Shown: positions 21,391-31,151, counted from the first letter of the stretch. The stretch is 64,000 bases of DNA from Candidatus Micrarchaeota archaeon (GCA_026413805.1 JAOAKE010000002.1:3599-67598), one strand, 5' to 3'. The notes: generated from the sequence alone by a model not told the origin. Made by a program: numbers and translations.

Positions 21391-22008
21391 ATGTCATCCC
21401 ATTCAGTTAAGCTATTTGGCAAATACGATTTAAGCGAAGTTAAGGTCTCAGACCCGTCCTTTTCCAACTACATAAGCCTATCGCCCGTCATTCTCCCCCA
21501 CTCACATGGCAGGCACGCAAAGAAGCAATTTGGCAAGAAATCAGTCAATCTGGTAGAGAGGCTTGCCAACAAGCTAATGCGCGGCGGGACTGGTGAAAAA
21601 ACATCTGGCAAAGTCATCAGGACAGACGGCAGAATGCAAGGAAAGAAGACAAAGGCCCTTGCAATAGTTGAAGAGGCATTTTCCATAATCGAAGGGCGGA
21701 CAAAGAAAAATCCAGTCCAGCTTCTTGTAGATGCTGCCCAGAATGCTGCCCCGCGCGAAGACTTCACTCGCGTTTCAATGGGCGGGGTTTCTTACCAGGT
21801 GGCAGTTGACATCTCTGCCTCGCGCAGGCTGGACATGGCGCTGCGCAACCTTGCACTTGCAGCTGTCATGGGCTCATTTGACAAGAAAAAGACGCTTGCA
21901 GAGGCACTGGCAGACGAGATAGAGTTCGCTGCAAAGGGAGACCCCAACTCCTCCTATGCCATCAAAAAGCGCGACGAAACCGAAAGGATGGCCCGCTCTG
22001 CAAGATAA
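21391..22008 (+). CDS. rps7: ribosomal protein S7
   Basis: S7/S5e family and its position. Confidence 0.88.
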   Translation: MSSHSVKLFGKYDLSEVKVSDPSFSNYISLSPVILPHSHGRHAKKQFGKKSVNLVERLANKLMRGGTGEKTSGKVIRTDGRMQGKKTKALAIVEEAFSIIEGRTKKNPVQLLVDAAQNAAPREDFTRVSMGGVSYQVAVDISASRRLDMALRNLALAAVMGSFDKKKTLAEALADEIEFAAKGDPNSSYAIKKRDETERMARSAR

Positions 22009-22030
22009 AGGCTTATTGCCCATTGTTGCC

Positions 22031-22060
22031 ACAGGGCAACAGCTTGAAAACTTTTATTAG
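22031..22060 (+). terminator. hairpin GTTGCC-ACAG-GGCAAC followed by a T-rich tract downstream of rps7
   Basis: Perfect 6-bp inverted repeat directly followed by CTTGAAAACTTTTATT. Confidence 0.35.
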
Positions 22061-22134
22061 CTTTCTTGGGATTAGGTGGGTGTATTTAGGTCTTGGGCAA
22101 CAGATATGGCCGCACCTCACCGATATTGCAAACT

Positions 22135-22860
22135 CTAATTTGGTTCGCAACACCTACTGTCACATCCACAACTAATGTTACAGACTTGATAGCTACAGCA
22201 AACATGGGTGTCAGGGAGGTAAATTGTCTCATTGTTACAGCACGCATAAGGAGGATAATATGTTTTCTCCCCACAGTTCCCGCGGGGCAGGCACCATTCC
22301 CCAAAGCACGGCATTTCTTGAATGCATTCTCCCACCAGCTTCACCGTGCCTGTCTGGTTTTCTTCAGGTCCAAAATAAATAGGATAAGAAGAGGCGCGAT
22401 AACTAAAAGCCAAGTCAAGCTGGTATCTTGATCCTTCTAAAAACACCTCTCCTGACTTGCAGGGATGTTTCTGAAGAGAGCTTAGATTTATGGAAATTAT
22501 CTTTACTGTGTTTGGATAAAAGTACAGAGAGCGAGCGGGAGCACCCTTATCCCATGAGAATCGAGTAGCCTCATGGACTCTAAACATTGAAAAATTTTGC
22601 CCATTGACATAAACTTTGGTTAGCGTAATTGCCTGCGGCTCCTCGTTTTTAATCTCCAGCAAAAGGTAATTTGGGCTTACGAAATTTGATTTTACTGCAA
22701 TTGGCCTTGCAGAAGACCAGTATTTGTCCGACCTCTCCTTTTCAACAGAGCTTGCAAAGCCAGGCCAAATCATCGCAAGCACTATTGCAATTATAACAAT
22801 GAGGAGGGCAACAGCATAAATCATCATGCTTTCAGATGCTGCCTGGCCGCGCAAAGCCAT
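22135..22860 (-). CDS. type IV pilin-like (class III signal peptide) secreted Cys-rich protein
   Basis: The N-terminus MALRGQAASESMMIYAVALLIVIIAIVLAMIW has the [KR]G-Q/A prepilin-peptidase-like site with Glu at +5 and a hydrophobic helix. The C-terminal 60 aa contain about 14 Cys (YACCNNE...VCCSYQVCNISCGCDSRCCEPN). It is encoded antisense between rps7 and EF-2. Confidence 0.55.
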   Translation of the reverse strand: MALRGQAASESMMIYAVALLIVIIAIVLAMIWPGFASSVEKERSDKYWSSARPIAVKSNFVSPNYLLLEIKNEEPQAITLTKVYVNGQNFSMFRVHEATRFSWDKGAPARSLYFYPNTVKIISINLSSLQKHPCKSGEVFLEGSRYQLDLAFSYRASSYPIYFGPEENQTGTVKLVGECIQEMPCFGEWCLPRGNCGEKTYYPPYACCNNETIYLPDTHVCCSYQVCNISCGCDSRCCEPN

Positions 22861-22979
22861 ATGCTCGCCTATTTGCCCATCTGCTTTCCGCCAATTATAA
22901 AAACGTTATGCATTATAAGGCTTCGCTGCTTGATGCCAGCTTTAGCTCAAGTAAGTTAGCAATTGCCAGGGGTTTTCAT

Positions 22980-25172
22980 ATGGTGCGAAAGGAATACGTT
23001 GTTGAAGAAGTAGTCAAAATGATGAACAAGGTTGAGAACATACGCAACATCGCCATAGTCGCGCATGTTGACCATGGAAAAACCACCATGACAGATTCTC
23101 TTGTCGCCAGGGCTGGGCTTATCTCAAAAGAGCTTGCAGGCGAGCAGCGCGTCATGGACTTTGATGAGCAAGAACAGGCGCGGGGGATTACCATCAAGGC
23201 AGCCAACATATCATTGGGCTTCCAATACAACAACGAAGACTACCTGATCAACCTGATTGACACTCCAGGCCATGTTGATTTTGGCGGCCATGTCACCCGC
23301 GCCATGAGGGCAGTAGACGGCGTGGTGCTGGTGGTAGATTCAGTAGAAGGAATAATGCCACAGACAGAGACCGTGCTTCGGCAGGCCCTAAAAGAAAAGG
23401 CAAAGCCCACTGTTTTTATTAATAAGATAGACAGGCTGATCAACGAGCTTCAGCTGGATGCAAATGCCATGCAAGCCAGGCTAATCAAGATAATTACGGG
23501 CTTGAACAAGATAATTGAGCAATATGCGCCCCCTGACAAGCGCGAGGAGTGGCAAATCGGCGTGGCAAAGGGCAATGTGGCTTTTGGCTCAGCATACCAC
23601 AAATGGGCAGTTTCAATAAAGAGCATGACCCGATTTAACATCAAGTTTCCTGAAATTTACCAGCATTGCAAGGCAGGTGACCACAAGACTTTGGTGGAAA
23701 AGTCTCCCCTTGATGATGTCTTGCTCCAGATGGTGATTGACCATCTGCCCAATCCAAAGGTGGCACAGCAATACCGAATCCCTGTGATTTGGAAGGGCGA
23801 GCTTGACTCCCCAGAGGGCAAATCCATGCTTGCCTGCGACCCAAGCGGCAAAACAATCGGAGTCTGCTTTGGGGTGGTAAATGACGAGCACGCCGGCGAG
23901 GTGGCAGTTGTTCGGCTCTTTTCAGGCACAGTGAAAAAAGGAGACGTGCTTTATCTTGCCTCCCGGCTTGCAAGCGAAAAGGTCCAGCAGGTGGCAATTT
24001 ACATGGGGCCTGACAGAGTAATGGTGGACAGCGTTCTTGCAGGAAACATCGTTGGGCTGGTGGGCTTGCGCGATGTTTATGTGGGCGAAACAGTCTCAGA
24101 CGGCCCAATAACCCCATTTGAGCAGATAAAGCACTACTCTGAGCCAGTTGTCACCAAGAGCATAGAGGCAAAGGATTCCAAGGACCTCTCCAAGCTCATC
24201 TTGGTGCTTCGCCAAATTGGAAAAGAAGACCCGACCTTGAAGGTGGAAATCAACCATGAAACAGGCGAGCACCTAATCTCTGGGATGGGCGAGCTCCACC
24301 TTGAAATAATAGAATACAAGATAACCAAGGAGCGTGGAATACCAATAGTAACCTCCCCGCCAATCGTGGTCTACCGTGAAACTATTCTTGGCAAGGCAGG
24401 GCCAGTTGAGGGCAAGTCCCCAAACAAGCACACCAAGCTCAAGTTCGTAGTTGAGCCCCTTGAAAAGTCTGTTTATGAAGCGATGGTTGAAGGCAGGATT
24501 CCAGAAGGAAGGCCAAAAGGAAAGTCGCTTGTTGAAACTCTGGTGGAGTGCGGCTTGCCACGCGAGGAGGCAAAGAGCGTGCTGGACATCCACAACCGCA
24601 ACATTTTCATAAACGACACGAGGGGAATCCAATACCTCAACGAGATTATGGAGCTGCTTATACAAGGTTTTGAGGAGGCCATGGACCTTGGCCCGCTTGC
24701 AAAGGAAAAGGTTGTAGGGGTAAAGGTCCGAATAGTAGATGCCCTGATTCACGAAGACCCAGTCCACCGAGGGCCTGCCCAGATAATACCTGCAACAAAA
24801 AGGCCAATATACGCAGCGATGATAATGGCGGGCGTAACCCTGCACGAGCCAAAGCAAAAGGTCACCATCCTCTGCCCGCAGGAATACATGGGCAATGTAA
24901 TTACGCTGATTCAAGGAAGGCGAGGCCAGCTTCTTGACATGCAGCAAGAAGGTGAGACCTCAACAATAATAGTAAAGCTGCCAGTTGCCGAGATGTTCGG
25001 CTTTGGGAACGACTTGCGCTCAGCCACGCAAGGAAGAGGGATTCCTTACCAAGAATATGCTGGCTATGAGCCTCTTCCAAAAGAGCTTCTTGCAAAGGTG
25101 GTTCGGCAAATCCGAGAGAGAAAAGGCGACAAGCCCGAGCCTCCAACAGCCCAAGATTTCTTGGACTTGTAA
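22980..25172 (+). CDS. fusA: elongation factor 2 (aEF-2)
   Basis: G-domain AHVDHGKTT, DTPGHVDF and NKIDR motifs. The listed ORF starts 144 nt earlier, but the conserved N-terminus begins at MVRKEYVVEEVVK. Confidence 0.92.
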   Translation: MVRKEYVVEEVVKMMNKVENIRNIAIVAHVDHGKTTMTDSLVARAGLISKELAGEQRVMDFDEQEQARGITIKAANISLGFQYNNEDYLINLIDTPGHVDFGGHVTRAMRAVDGVVLVVDSVEGIMPQTETVLRQALKEKAKPTVFINKIDRLINELQLDANAMQARLIKIITGLNKIIEQYAPPDKREEWQIGVAKGNVAFGSAYHKWAVSIKSMTRFNIKFPEIYQHCKAGDHKTLVEKSPLDDVLLQMVIDHLPNPKVAQQYRIPVIWKGELDSPEGKSMLACDPSGKTIGVCFGVVNDEHAGEVAVVRLFSGTVKKGDVLYLASRLASEKVQQVAIYMGPDRVMVDSVLAGNIVGLVGLRDVYVGETVSDGPITPFEQIKHYSEPVVTKSIEAKDSKDLSKLILVLRQIGKEDPTLKVEINHETGEHLISGMGELHLEIIEYKITKERGIPIVTSPPIVVYRETILGKAGPVEGKSPNKHTKLKFVVEPLEKSVYEAMVEGRIPEGRPKGKSLVETLVECGLPREEAKSVLDIHNRNIFINDTRGIQYLNEIMELLIQGFEEAMDLGPLAKEKVVGVKVRIVDALIHEDPVHRGPAQIIPATKRPIYAAMIMAGVTLHEPKQKVTILCPQEYMGNVITLIQGRRGQLLDMQQEGETSTIIVKLPVAEMFGFGNDLRSATQGRGIPYQEYAGYEPLPKELLAKVVRQIRERKGDKPEPPTAQDFLDL

Positions 25173-25227
25173 AAGGAGGAACCCCCAGCTCCTGCCAGTG
25201 GGTTGCAAGCACAGGCAGGCTCACAAG

Positions 25228-25737
25228 CTATCTGCCTATCTTTGCCTTTTTTACAAAGTAAAGGGAGTCAGCAGTCAATGGGGCGGATGCAAGTTTTTTG
25301 TTTTCTTTTTTTATCTTTTCGTCAGCCCCCGAAATGGCATAGATTCTTTTTATCATCTCAATTTTAATCGCAGAGAGCAAATTTTTGGCCTCGAGCCTTA
25401 TCCCTCCTCTGTCAATTTCCTGCATTATGCCACTTTCCCCATTTGAAATTTTTTCTGCTGCCTCGTCACTCACATGTATTATTACATTTGGCTTTTCTAC
25501 AGGGTGCATTTCAAATGAGTAGAGCCTTCCGTTTTTGACTTCCACCCCAATGACCTTCCCCCCTACATATACATTCATTTTTTCATTTCCAATAAGCATC
25601 TTGGCAGAAGAAGGTATCTTGTCTTCAATGTGAGAAAAGTAATAATCAAGCATCTCTTCCCTGCTTTGCTTTATCTCAAAAGAAAAAGCCAAGGTAAAAA
25701 GTGCCAGCAGCATAATGCCAACGGCAGCCGCCCTCAT
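25228..25737 (-). CDS. hypothetical secreted/membrane-anchored protein (169 aa)
   Basis: The N-terminal hydrophobic signal MRAAAVGIMLLALFTLAFSF is present. It is divergent from the GH5 gene. Confidence 0.45.
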   Translation of the reverse strand: MRAAAVGIMLLALFTLAFSFEIKQSREEMLDYYFSHIEDKIPSSAKMLIGNEKMNVYVGGKVIGVEVKNGRLYSFEMHPVEKPNVIIHVSDEAAEKISNGESGIMQEIDRGGIRLEAKNLLSAIKIEMIKRIYAISGADEKIKKENKKLASAPLTADSLYFVKKAKIGR

Positions 25738-25846
25738 TAAAAGACCGACTAATAATAAGCATACAAACTTATTTAAACTATAACTGGAAGAAATTTAATT
25801 TGTGCTGTTGGCAGCACAAATAGGAGAAATATACGGGGTTGGTGCT

Positions 25847-28765
25847 ATGGATAGGCGAATCATTTATGTCTTTTTGTTTGCTTTGTTTTCTGGGGCAATT
25901 TTTGCGTCAGACCCTTCTTTTGTAAGTGTTCAATCAGGCAGGTTTATGCTCAATAACCAACCGTTCTATTTCTCAGGCACCAACGCCTATTATCTAGTGA
26001 CTTATGAGAAACTTGACCCCGCATACGTCACCAACACACTTAATCTCTTTGCGAATAACAACGTGACTGTTGTAAGGATGTGGGGCTTCTTTGACGGCTA
26101 TCCAAAATCAAAGTGCAGTAACTATAGTGGCGCGTCCGACCCCTCGCTTCAGCCACTTCCCGGAGTTTATAATGAATCCGCCCTCCGCTTGATGGACTCA
26201 GTCGTAAAAAAGGCAAAAGACCGCAACATCAAACTTATAATCTCATTTGTGAATTTCTGGGGAGACTTGGGAGGAATCTGCCAATATAACCAATGGGCAA
26301 ATTATTCCGGCAGCTACCAACCCACCCATGATGAAGCAGTTTTCTTCTTTACCAACCCGACTACCAAGCAGTGGTATAAGAACTATGTTTCCATGATTTT
26401 AAACAGGGTGAATACCCAAACAGGAGTGGCATACAAAGATGAGCCTACTATAATGGCATGGGAGCTGATAAATGAAGGAAGGATTCCCCAAGAAAGTGAC
26501 ATCACAATCATTCGTAATTGGTATCAAGAGATGGCGCAGCACATAAAATCAATTGACAACAAGCACCTTGTTACTACTGGTGAAGAAGGATTTGAAAATG
26601 CCATGGACTACTCCGGCTCGCCATACAGCCGCAATCTTTCCAATACCTATGTCCTTCGTGCAGGGCAGGGCACAAGTTACATTGCCAACATACAAATCCC
26701 AGAAATTGACTTTGGGCAAATACACGTCTATCCCGATGCATTCGGCTTTTCCACGGCCAACAATTATTCTGCATGGTTCCCTGACTCGGTCACCTACATC
26801 AATGACCATGCAAGAATTACCCAGCAATACGGAAAACCCATGCTTATTGGAGAATACGGCTCAAGCTATGTTGAAGGGTGGGTCGAAGATTCATTATTCA
26901 AAAGGAATTTCTACTCTTATATCTGGGCCAACAACGAACAAAATCCAAATGTGGCAGGAGACCTGCACTGGCAATTTGTTATCGGTCCCAAGTGCACTGA
27001 ATACGGAGGCAACATATGTGCTACCCGCGACCCCATTCTTACCTCGATGTTCAACCAGCATGGCTACAACATGAAGATGAAGTCAGGAGGAACAACTCCA
27101 TCAGACACCACCCCGCCAACAGTTTCAATTACCCATTCACCTGCCAACCCAACCTCCACTCAAAATATCACCCTCACAGCAACTGCTTCTGATGCATCAG
27201 GAATAAAGCAAATCCAGATTTACCTAGATGGGGCGCTTGCCAAGACATGCACCTCAGCTACCTCCTGCACCCATATTGCAGGCCCATTTGCAGCAAACAC
27301 TGTGCACACCTACTATGCAACAGCCACTGATAACTCTGCCAATGCCAACACTGGCAGAGACCCAGCCTCTGGAACAAAGAACTTCACAATATCCCAAGCA
27401 GCCCAGCAAGACACCACCCCGCCAACAGTTTCAATTACCTCCCCAGCAAATGGCAGCACAGTAAATGGCACCATTACAATAACTGCAACTGCCTCTGACA
27501 ATGTAGCAGTTGCAGGGGTGCAGTTCAAGGTGGATGGGGCCAACCTTGGCTCAGAGGACACCACTGCGCCTTACTCAGTTGTGTGGAATTCCTCTTCAGT
27601 TTCACCAGGCCAGCACACAATATCAGCAGTGGCAAGGGACACCAGCAACAACACTGCCACTGCCACAATAGTGGTTAATGTAGCAGCAGAGGTCCCACCG
27701 GCAGACACCACCCCGCCAACAGTTTCAGTTTCCCACTCGCCTGCCAACCCAACAAGCCTAGACAGGGTTACTGTTACTGCAGAAGCCTATGATGCAAGCG
27801 GCATAGCTTACATCACCATAATGGTCGATAACAAGACCGCGGCAAACTGCACCACAAGCCCATGCAAGACAACCGCTGCTCGCTATGCGATAGGCACTCA
27901 CACCTACTCTGCAATTGCAGTTGATAAATCCAGCAATGCCAACAAAGGCTATTCTGCAGTCAAATCATTTGTCGTTGTTAAGAAGGGCACCAAGCCCACC
28001 ACTACTATACAAAGCACAGCTGCACTTGACGCAGCCAGCTCAATTACCTATACACGCGAGGTTTCAGGAGACGAGGAGACCACTACCGTGGCTCTCAGTG
28101 TAACCAACCCAACGGACACTGAGATGAAAAATGTCCTGCTAAAGGAAAAGATTCCCGCTGCCTTTGCCACAGACCCAACCAAGATATCCTTCAGCCAGAA
28201 GCCTTCCTACTTCGAGTCAGGCTCGATAGTCGCAGTTTGGGAGTTTGCAAAAATCAAGCCAAAGGAAAAAATCAGCATCACTTACAGCGTGGCGCGCGAG
28301 GCTTCGGTTAAGGCAAGCGACTTCAAGCTCTCAGCAGCATTTAAGGCGCCACCTGAGCCTGGCAAGGAAGCGGCCCTTTCTGTGCCCGCATCAGTTTCAG
28401 CCCCTGAAAAAGTCGTAATCGGAAAGGAAGTCTCAGTGCAGCTGACAGATGCAGCTGGCAAGCCCCTCAAGAACGTGCTGGTGTCAATAAAAGGACCTGA
28501 GGGAGAAACAGTCGATTACATGACTGACCAGCAAGGCACCCTGCGGTTCACTCCAGAGGTAAGTGGCAAATATTATTACCTCTCCAAGGAAGCGAAGCTT
28601 TCAGCCCCAGCAGCTACCGAGGTCCTTGTAGAGCCAGAAGAGAAAAAGCCAGCCGCCATTCTCTCCAAGGAGACATCTGACAACATAGGGCTGCTGATAG
28701 CTCTCTTCCTTGTGGTTATTGCGGGCGCGGTACTCTACCTCTCCACTCGCAAGAAAGGGAATTGA
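25847..28765 (+). CDS. cell-surface glycoside hydrolase family 5 (endo-beta-mannanase-like) with three Ig-like (Big-type) repeats and a C-terminal TM anchor
   Basis: Signal peptide MDRRIIYVFLFALFSGAIFA. GH5 hallmarks VVRMWGFFDG and WELINEGR (the NEP-like acid/base region) are present. Three ~100-aa repeats each begin TTPPTVS(I/V)(T/S)HSPANPTS. The C-terminal anchor is IGLLIALFLVVIAGAVLYLSTRKKGN. Confidence 0.7.
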   Translation: MDRRIIYVFLFALFSGAIFASDPSFVSVQSGRFMLNNQPFYFSGTNAYYLVTYEKLDPAYVTNTLNLFANNNVTVVRMWGFFDGYPKSKCSNYSGASDPSLQPLPGVYNESALRLMDSVVKKAKDRNIKLIISFVNFWGDLGGICQYNQWANYSGSYQPTHDEAVFFFTNPTTKQWYKNYVSMILNRVNTQTGVAYKDEPTIMAWELINEGRIPQESDITIIRNWYQEMAQHIKSIDNKHLVTTGEEGFENAMDYSGSPYSRNLSNTYVLRAGQGTSYIANIQIPEIDFGQIHVYPDAFGFSTANNYSAWFPDSVTYINDHARITQQYGKPMLIGEYGSSYVEGWVEDSLFKRNFYSYIWANNEQNPNVAGDLHWQFVIGPKCTEYGGNICATRDPILTSMFNQHGYNMKMKSGGTTPSDTTPPTVSITHSPANPTSTQNITLTATASDASGIKQIQIYLDGALAKTCTSATSCTHIAGPFAANTVHTYYATATDNSANANTGRDPASGTKNFTISQAAQQDTTPPTVSITSPANGSTVNGTITITATASDNVAVAGVQFKVDGANLGSEDTTAPYSVVWNSSSVSPGQHTISAVARDTSNNTATATIVVNVAAEVPPADTTPPTVSVSHSPANPTSLDRVTVTAEAYDASGIAYITIMVDNKTAANCTTSPCKTTAARYAIGTHTYSAIAVDKSSNANKGYSAVKSFVVVKKGTKPTTTIQSTAALDAASSITYTREVSGDEETTTVALSVTNPTDTEMKNVLLKEKIPAAFATDPTKISFSQKPSYFESGSIVAVWEFAKIKPKEKISITYSVAREASVKASDFKLSAAFKAPPEPGKEAALSVPASVSAPEKVVIGKEVSVQLTDAAGKPLKNVLVSIKGPEGETVDYMTDQQGTLRFTPEVSGKYYYLSKEAKLSAPAATEVLVEPEEKKPAAILSKETSDNIGLLIALFLVVIAGAVLYLSTRKKGN

Positions 28766-28832
28766 AAGCCTTCACGGGGCTTTTAATCCCCCTCTTTTTC
28801 TTTTTCATGCTCCCCTCCAAGCAGTGGTTGGC

Positions 28833-29276
28833 ATGCGCCTGTGGTCAATTCACCCCAAATACCTTGACACCAAAGGCCTTTTGGCAGTGTGGAGAGAGGC
28901 CTTGCTGGCAAAGAAGGTTTTAGAGAACAAAACAAAAGGCTACAAACACCACCCACAGCTTGCTAGATTTAGAGAATGCAGAAATCCGTTGGCTGCTATA
29001 AACTCCTACCTTTTCTGGATTTATAAAGAAGCAAAAAAGCGAGGCTACAATTTCAGCGCAAAAAAATTCCGCCACTGCAAAGGCAGGGGAATAATTCAAG
29101 TTTCAGAGGGGCAGCTGGAATTTGAGCGCAAGCACCTTGCAGCCAAGCTCAAAGAGAGGGACAAAGAGAGCCATCTGCGGCTTAAAAGCTCAAAAAGGGC
29201 TTGCCCACACCCAATTTTCAAGGTAGTGAGAGGGAAGGTTGAAGGCTGGGAAAAAGGGATTAGAAAACGTTTTTAA
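28833..29276 (+). CDS. pyrimidine-dimer DNA glycosylase (T4 endonuclease V / Pyr_excise family)
   Basis: The N-terminus MRLWSIHPKYLDTKGLLAVWREALLAKKVL is a near-canonical Pyr_excise signature. The listed ORF from 28710 is an upstream extension. Confidence 0.7.
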   Translation: MRLWSIHPKYLDTKGLLAVWREALLAKKVLENKTKGYKHHPQLARFRECRNPLAAINSYLFWIYKEAKKRGYNFSAKKFRHCKGRGIIQVSEGQLEFERKHLAAKLKERDKESHLRLKSSKRACPHPIFKVVRGKVEGWEKGIRKRF

Positions 29277-29286
29277 ATCCTTGTCT

Positions 29287-29296
29287 CAATATAAAG
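29287..29296 (+). promoter_or_regulatory. TATA-like box (CAATATAAAG) upstream of the rpl3 operon, followed by a ~90-nt structured leader
   Basis: AT-rich box lies ~120 nt upstream of the rpl3 ATG. The leader contains hairpin CCCTCGG...GAGGG and the palindrome GGTGA-A-TCACC. Confidence 0.3.
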
Positions 29297-29414
29297 CCTG
29301 CTTCTTACTTAAAGGTAAGATGACACTCACCGACACCCCTCGGCTTGATGCAAGAGGGCAGAAGCGCGGTGAATCACCTGCGGTTGCGTTCCACTGCAGA
29401 GGTTAGGTAATAAT

Positions 29415-30362
29415 ATGGGCAAGCGCTCTGGCTCAAAAAAAGGCTCCATGGCTTTCAGGCCGCGCAAGCGGGCAGATTCCCAAATGCCTACTGTCAAGTT
29501 TTGGCCATCGGTTGCTGAAAAAAGGCTATGCGGCTTTGCCTGCTACAAGGCAGGAATGACGCATATCGGCTATATTGATGACACCGAATCCCCCTCAAAG
29601 GGAAACGAGGTTTTTGCTTCTGCCACCGTGCTTGAATGCCCTCCAATGACTGTTTTCGGGGTGCGAGGCTACAAGGGCGGGAGATGTGTTGGGGAGATTT
29701 GGTGCCAGGATGAAAAAATCCTAAAAGAGCTTTCTATGAAGAAGAAAAAAGACTCAAAATTTTCTGCTTCTGATGTTGATGATGTATTTGCCTTGTGTTT
29801 TGCCCGCCCTGGCTTGGCTGGTTTTGGAAAGAAAACCCCTGAGAGGATGGAGATAGCTGTTGGGGGCAAGGACATAAATGAAAAATACGAATATGCAATG
29901 TCGCTTCTTGGAAAGGAAGTAAAAATTTCCGAAGTTTTCAAGCCAGGCGAGTTTGTGGATGCCATCATGATAACAACAGGCAAAGGCTGGCAGGGGACAG
30001 TCAAGCGTTTTGGGACTGCTGTCCAGAGGCGCAAGGCAACTGGAAAGCGCAGGCACATCGGGACTCTTGGGGCATGGCACCCTGGCTACGTCCAATACAC
30101 AGTGCCCATGCCAGGCCAGATGGGATACCACAAAAGGACCGAGCTCAACAAGAGAATAATGAAGATAGGCCAGCCAAATGAAATAAACCCAAAAGGAGGC
30201 TTTCCGCATTACGGGGTTGTCAAAAACGAATTCCTCCTATTGAAAGGCTCGGTTGGCGGCCCTGTCAAAAGGCTCATCCGCTTAAGAAAGGCTGTACGAA
30301 AGGCGCATTCAGCCCCAAAGGCGCCCGAAATAAAATATGTTTCACTTGAGTCAAAGCAATAA
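29415..30362 (+). CDS. rpl3: ribosomal protein L3
   Basis: L3 family. First gene of the conserved L3-L4-L23-L2-S19-L22-S3-L29 block. Confidence 0.92.
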   Translation: MGKRSGSKKGSMAFRPRKRADSQMPTVKFWPSVAEKRLCGFACYKAGMTHIGYIDDTESPSKGNEVFASATVLECPPMTVFGVRGYKGGRCVGEIWCQDEKILKELSMKKKKDSKFSASDVDDVFALCFARPGLAGFGKKTPERMEIAVGGKDINEKYEYAMSLLGKEVKISEVFKPGEFVDAIMITTGKGWQGTVKRFGTAVQRRKATGKRRHIGTLGAWHPGYVQYTVPMPGQMGYHKRTELNKRIMKIGQPNEINPKGGFPHYGVVKNEFLLLKGSVGGPVKRLIRLRKAVRKAHSAPKAPEIKYVSLESKQ

Positions 30363-30371
30363 GTGGTTTTG

Positions 30372-31151
30372 ATGAAAGCAACAGTCTATTCCATTGATGG
30401 AAAAGCGCTGCGCGAAGTGCAGCTTCCTCCCCAGTTCGAGTGTGAGGTGCGCTATGACTTAATCTCTCGCGCGGCAATTTCAGACCAGACCAAGCACTAC
30501 CAGCCAAAGGGCAACTACCCTCTGGCAGGGATGGAGACCTCTGCAAGATACCGGGGCAGGAAGGGCGATTTTGGCTCAGGCAAAAACAGGGGAATGGCAA
30601 TTCGCCCAAGAGAGGTGCTCCCAAAGGGAAGGCTTGGCCGGGTAAAAAGGATTCCCTCTGCAGTAAAAGGAAGGAGGGCGCACCCGCCACATGTAAATGA
30701 GAAAATACTCGAAAAAGTCAACAAAAAAGAATATCGCGCAGCCCTTCTCTCAGCCATCGCAGCAACTGCCAGCAGCGAGGCAGTGAAGAAGCGAGGCCAC
30801 AGAATCTCCAAGCAGCTTCCGATAGTTGTTGAAAATGCATTTGAGTCCCTCGCAAAGGCAAAGGAGGCATTTCGCGCCCTCTCCAGCTTAATAGCTGAGG
30901 ATTTGTCCCGCACAAGGAAGGGCAAGGCAAGAAGCGGAGTGGGCTGCAGGAGAGGCGGCAAGCGCTACCCAAAATCCGCGCTGGTGGTGGTCTCTTCCGA
31001 TGCCCCTGTTTTGAAGGCAGCGCGAAACATTCCAGGAATCGATGTCGTAAAGGCGAGCTCACTTTCAGTTGAGCTTCTTGCGCCTGGAGCAAAGGCAGGC
31101 AGGCTTGCCTTATACAGCGAGGCAGCCTTGGCAGAAATAGCAAAGCTATAA
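30372..31151 (+). CDS. rpl4: ribosomal protein L4
   Basis: L4/L1e family. ATG at 30372 (the listed ORF starts at an upstream GTG). Confidence 0.9.
   Translation: MKATVYSIDGKALREVQLPPQFECEVRYDLISRAAISDQTKHYQPKGNYPLAGMETSARYRGRKGDFGSGKNRGMAIRPREVLPKGRLGRVKRIPSAVKGRRAHPPHVNEKILEKVNKKEYRAALLSAIAATASSEAVKKRGHRISKQLPIVVENAFESLAKAKEAFRALSSLIAEDLSRTRKGKARSGVGCRRGGKRYPKSALVVVSSDAPVLKAARNIPGIDVVKASSLSVELLAPGAKAGRLALYSEAALAEIAKL

Noticed and set aside
27100-27760. Threefold DNA repeat (CCACCCCGCCAACAGTTTCA…) that might suggest a repeat element
   Set aside because: The repeats are in-frame within the GH5 gene. They encode the start of three homologous Ig-like protein domains (TTPPTVS…), which makes them domain duplication, not a mobile or CRISPR repeat.
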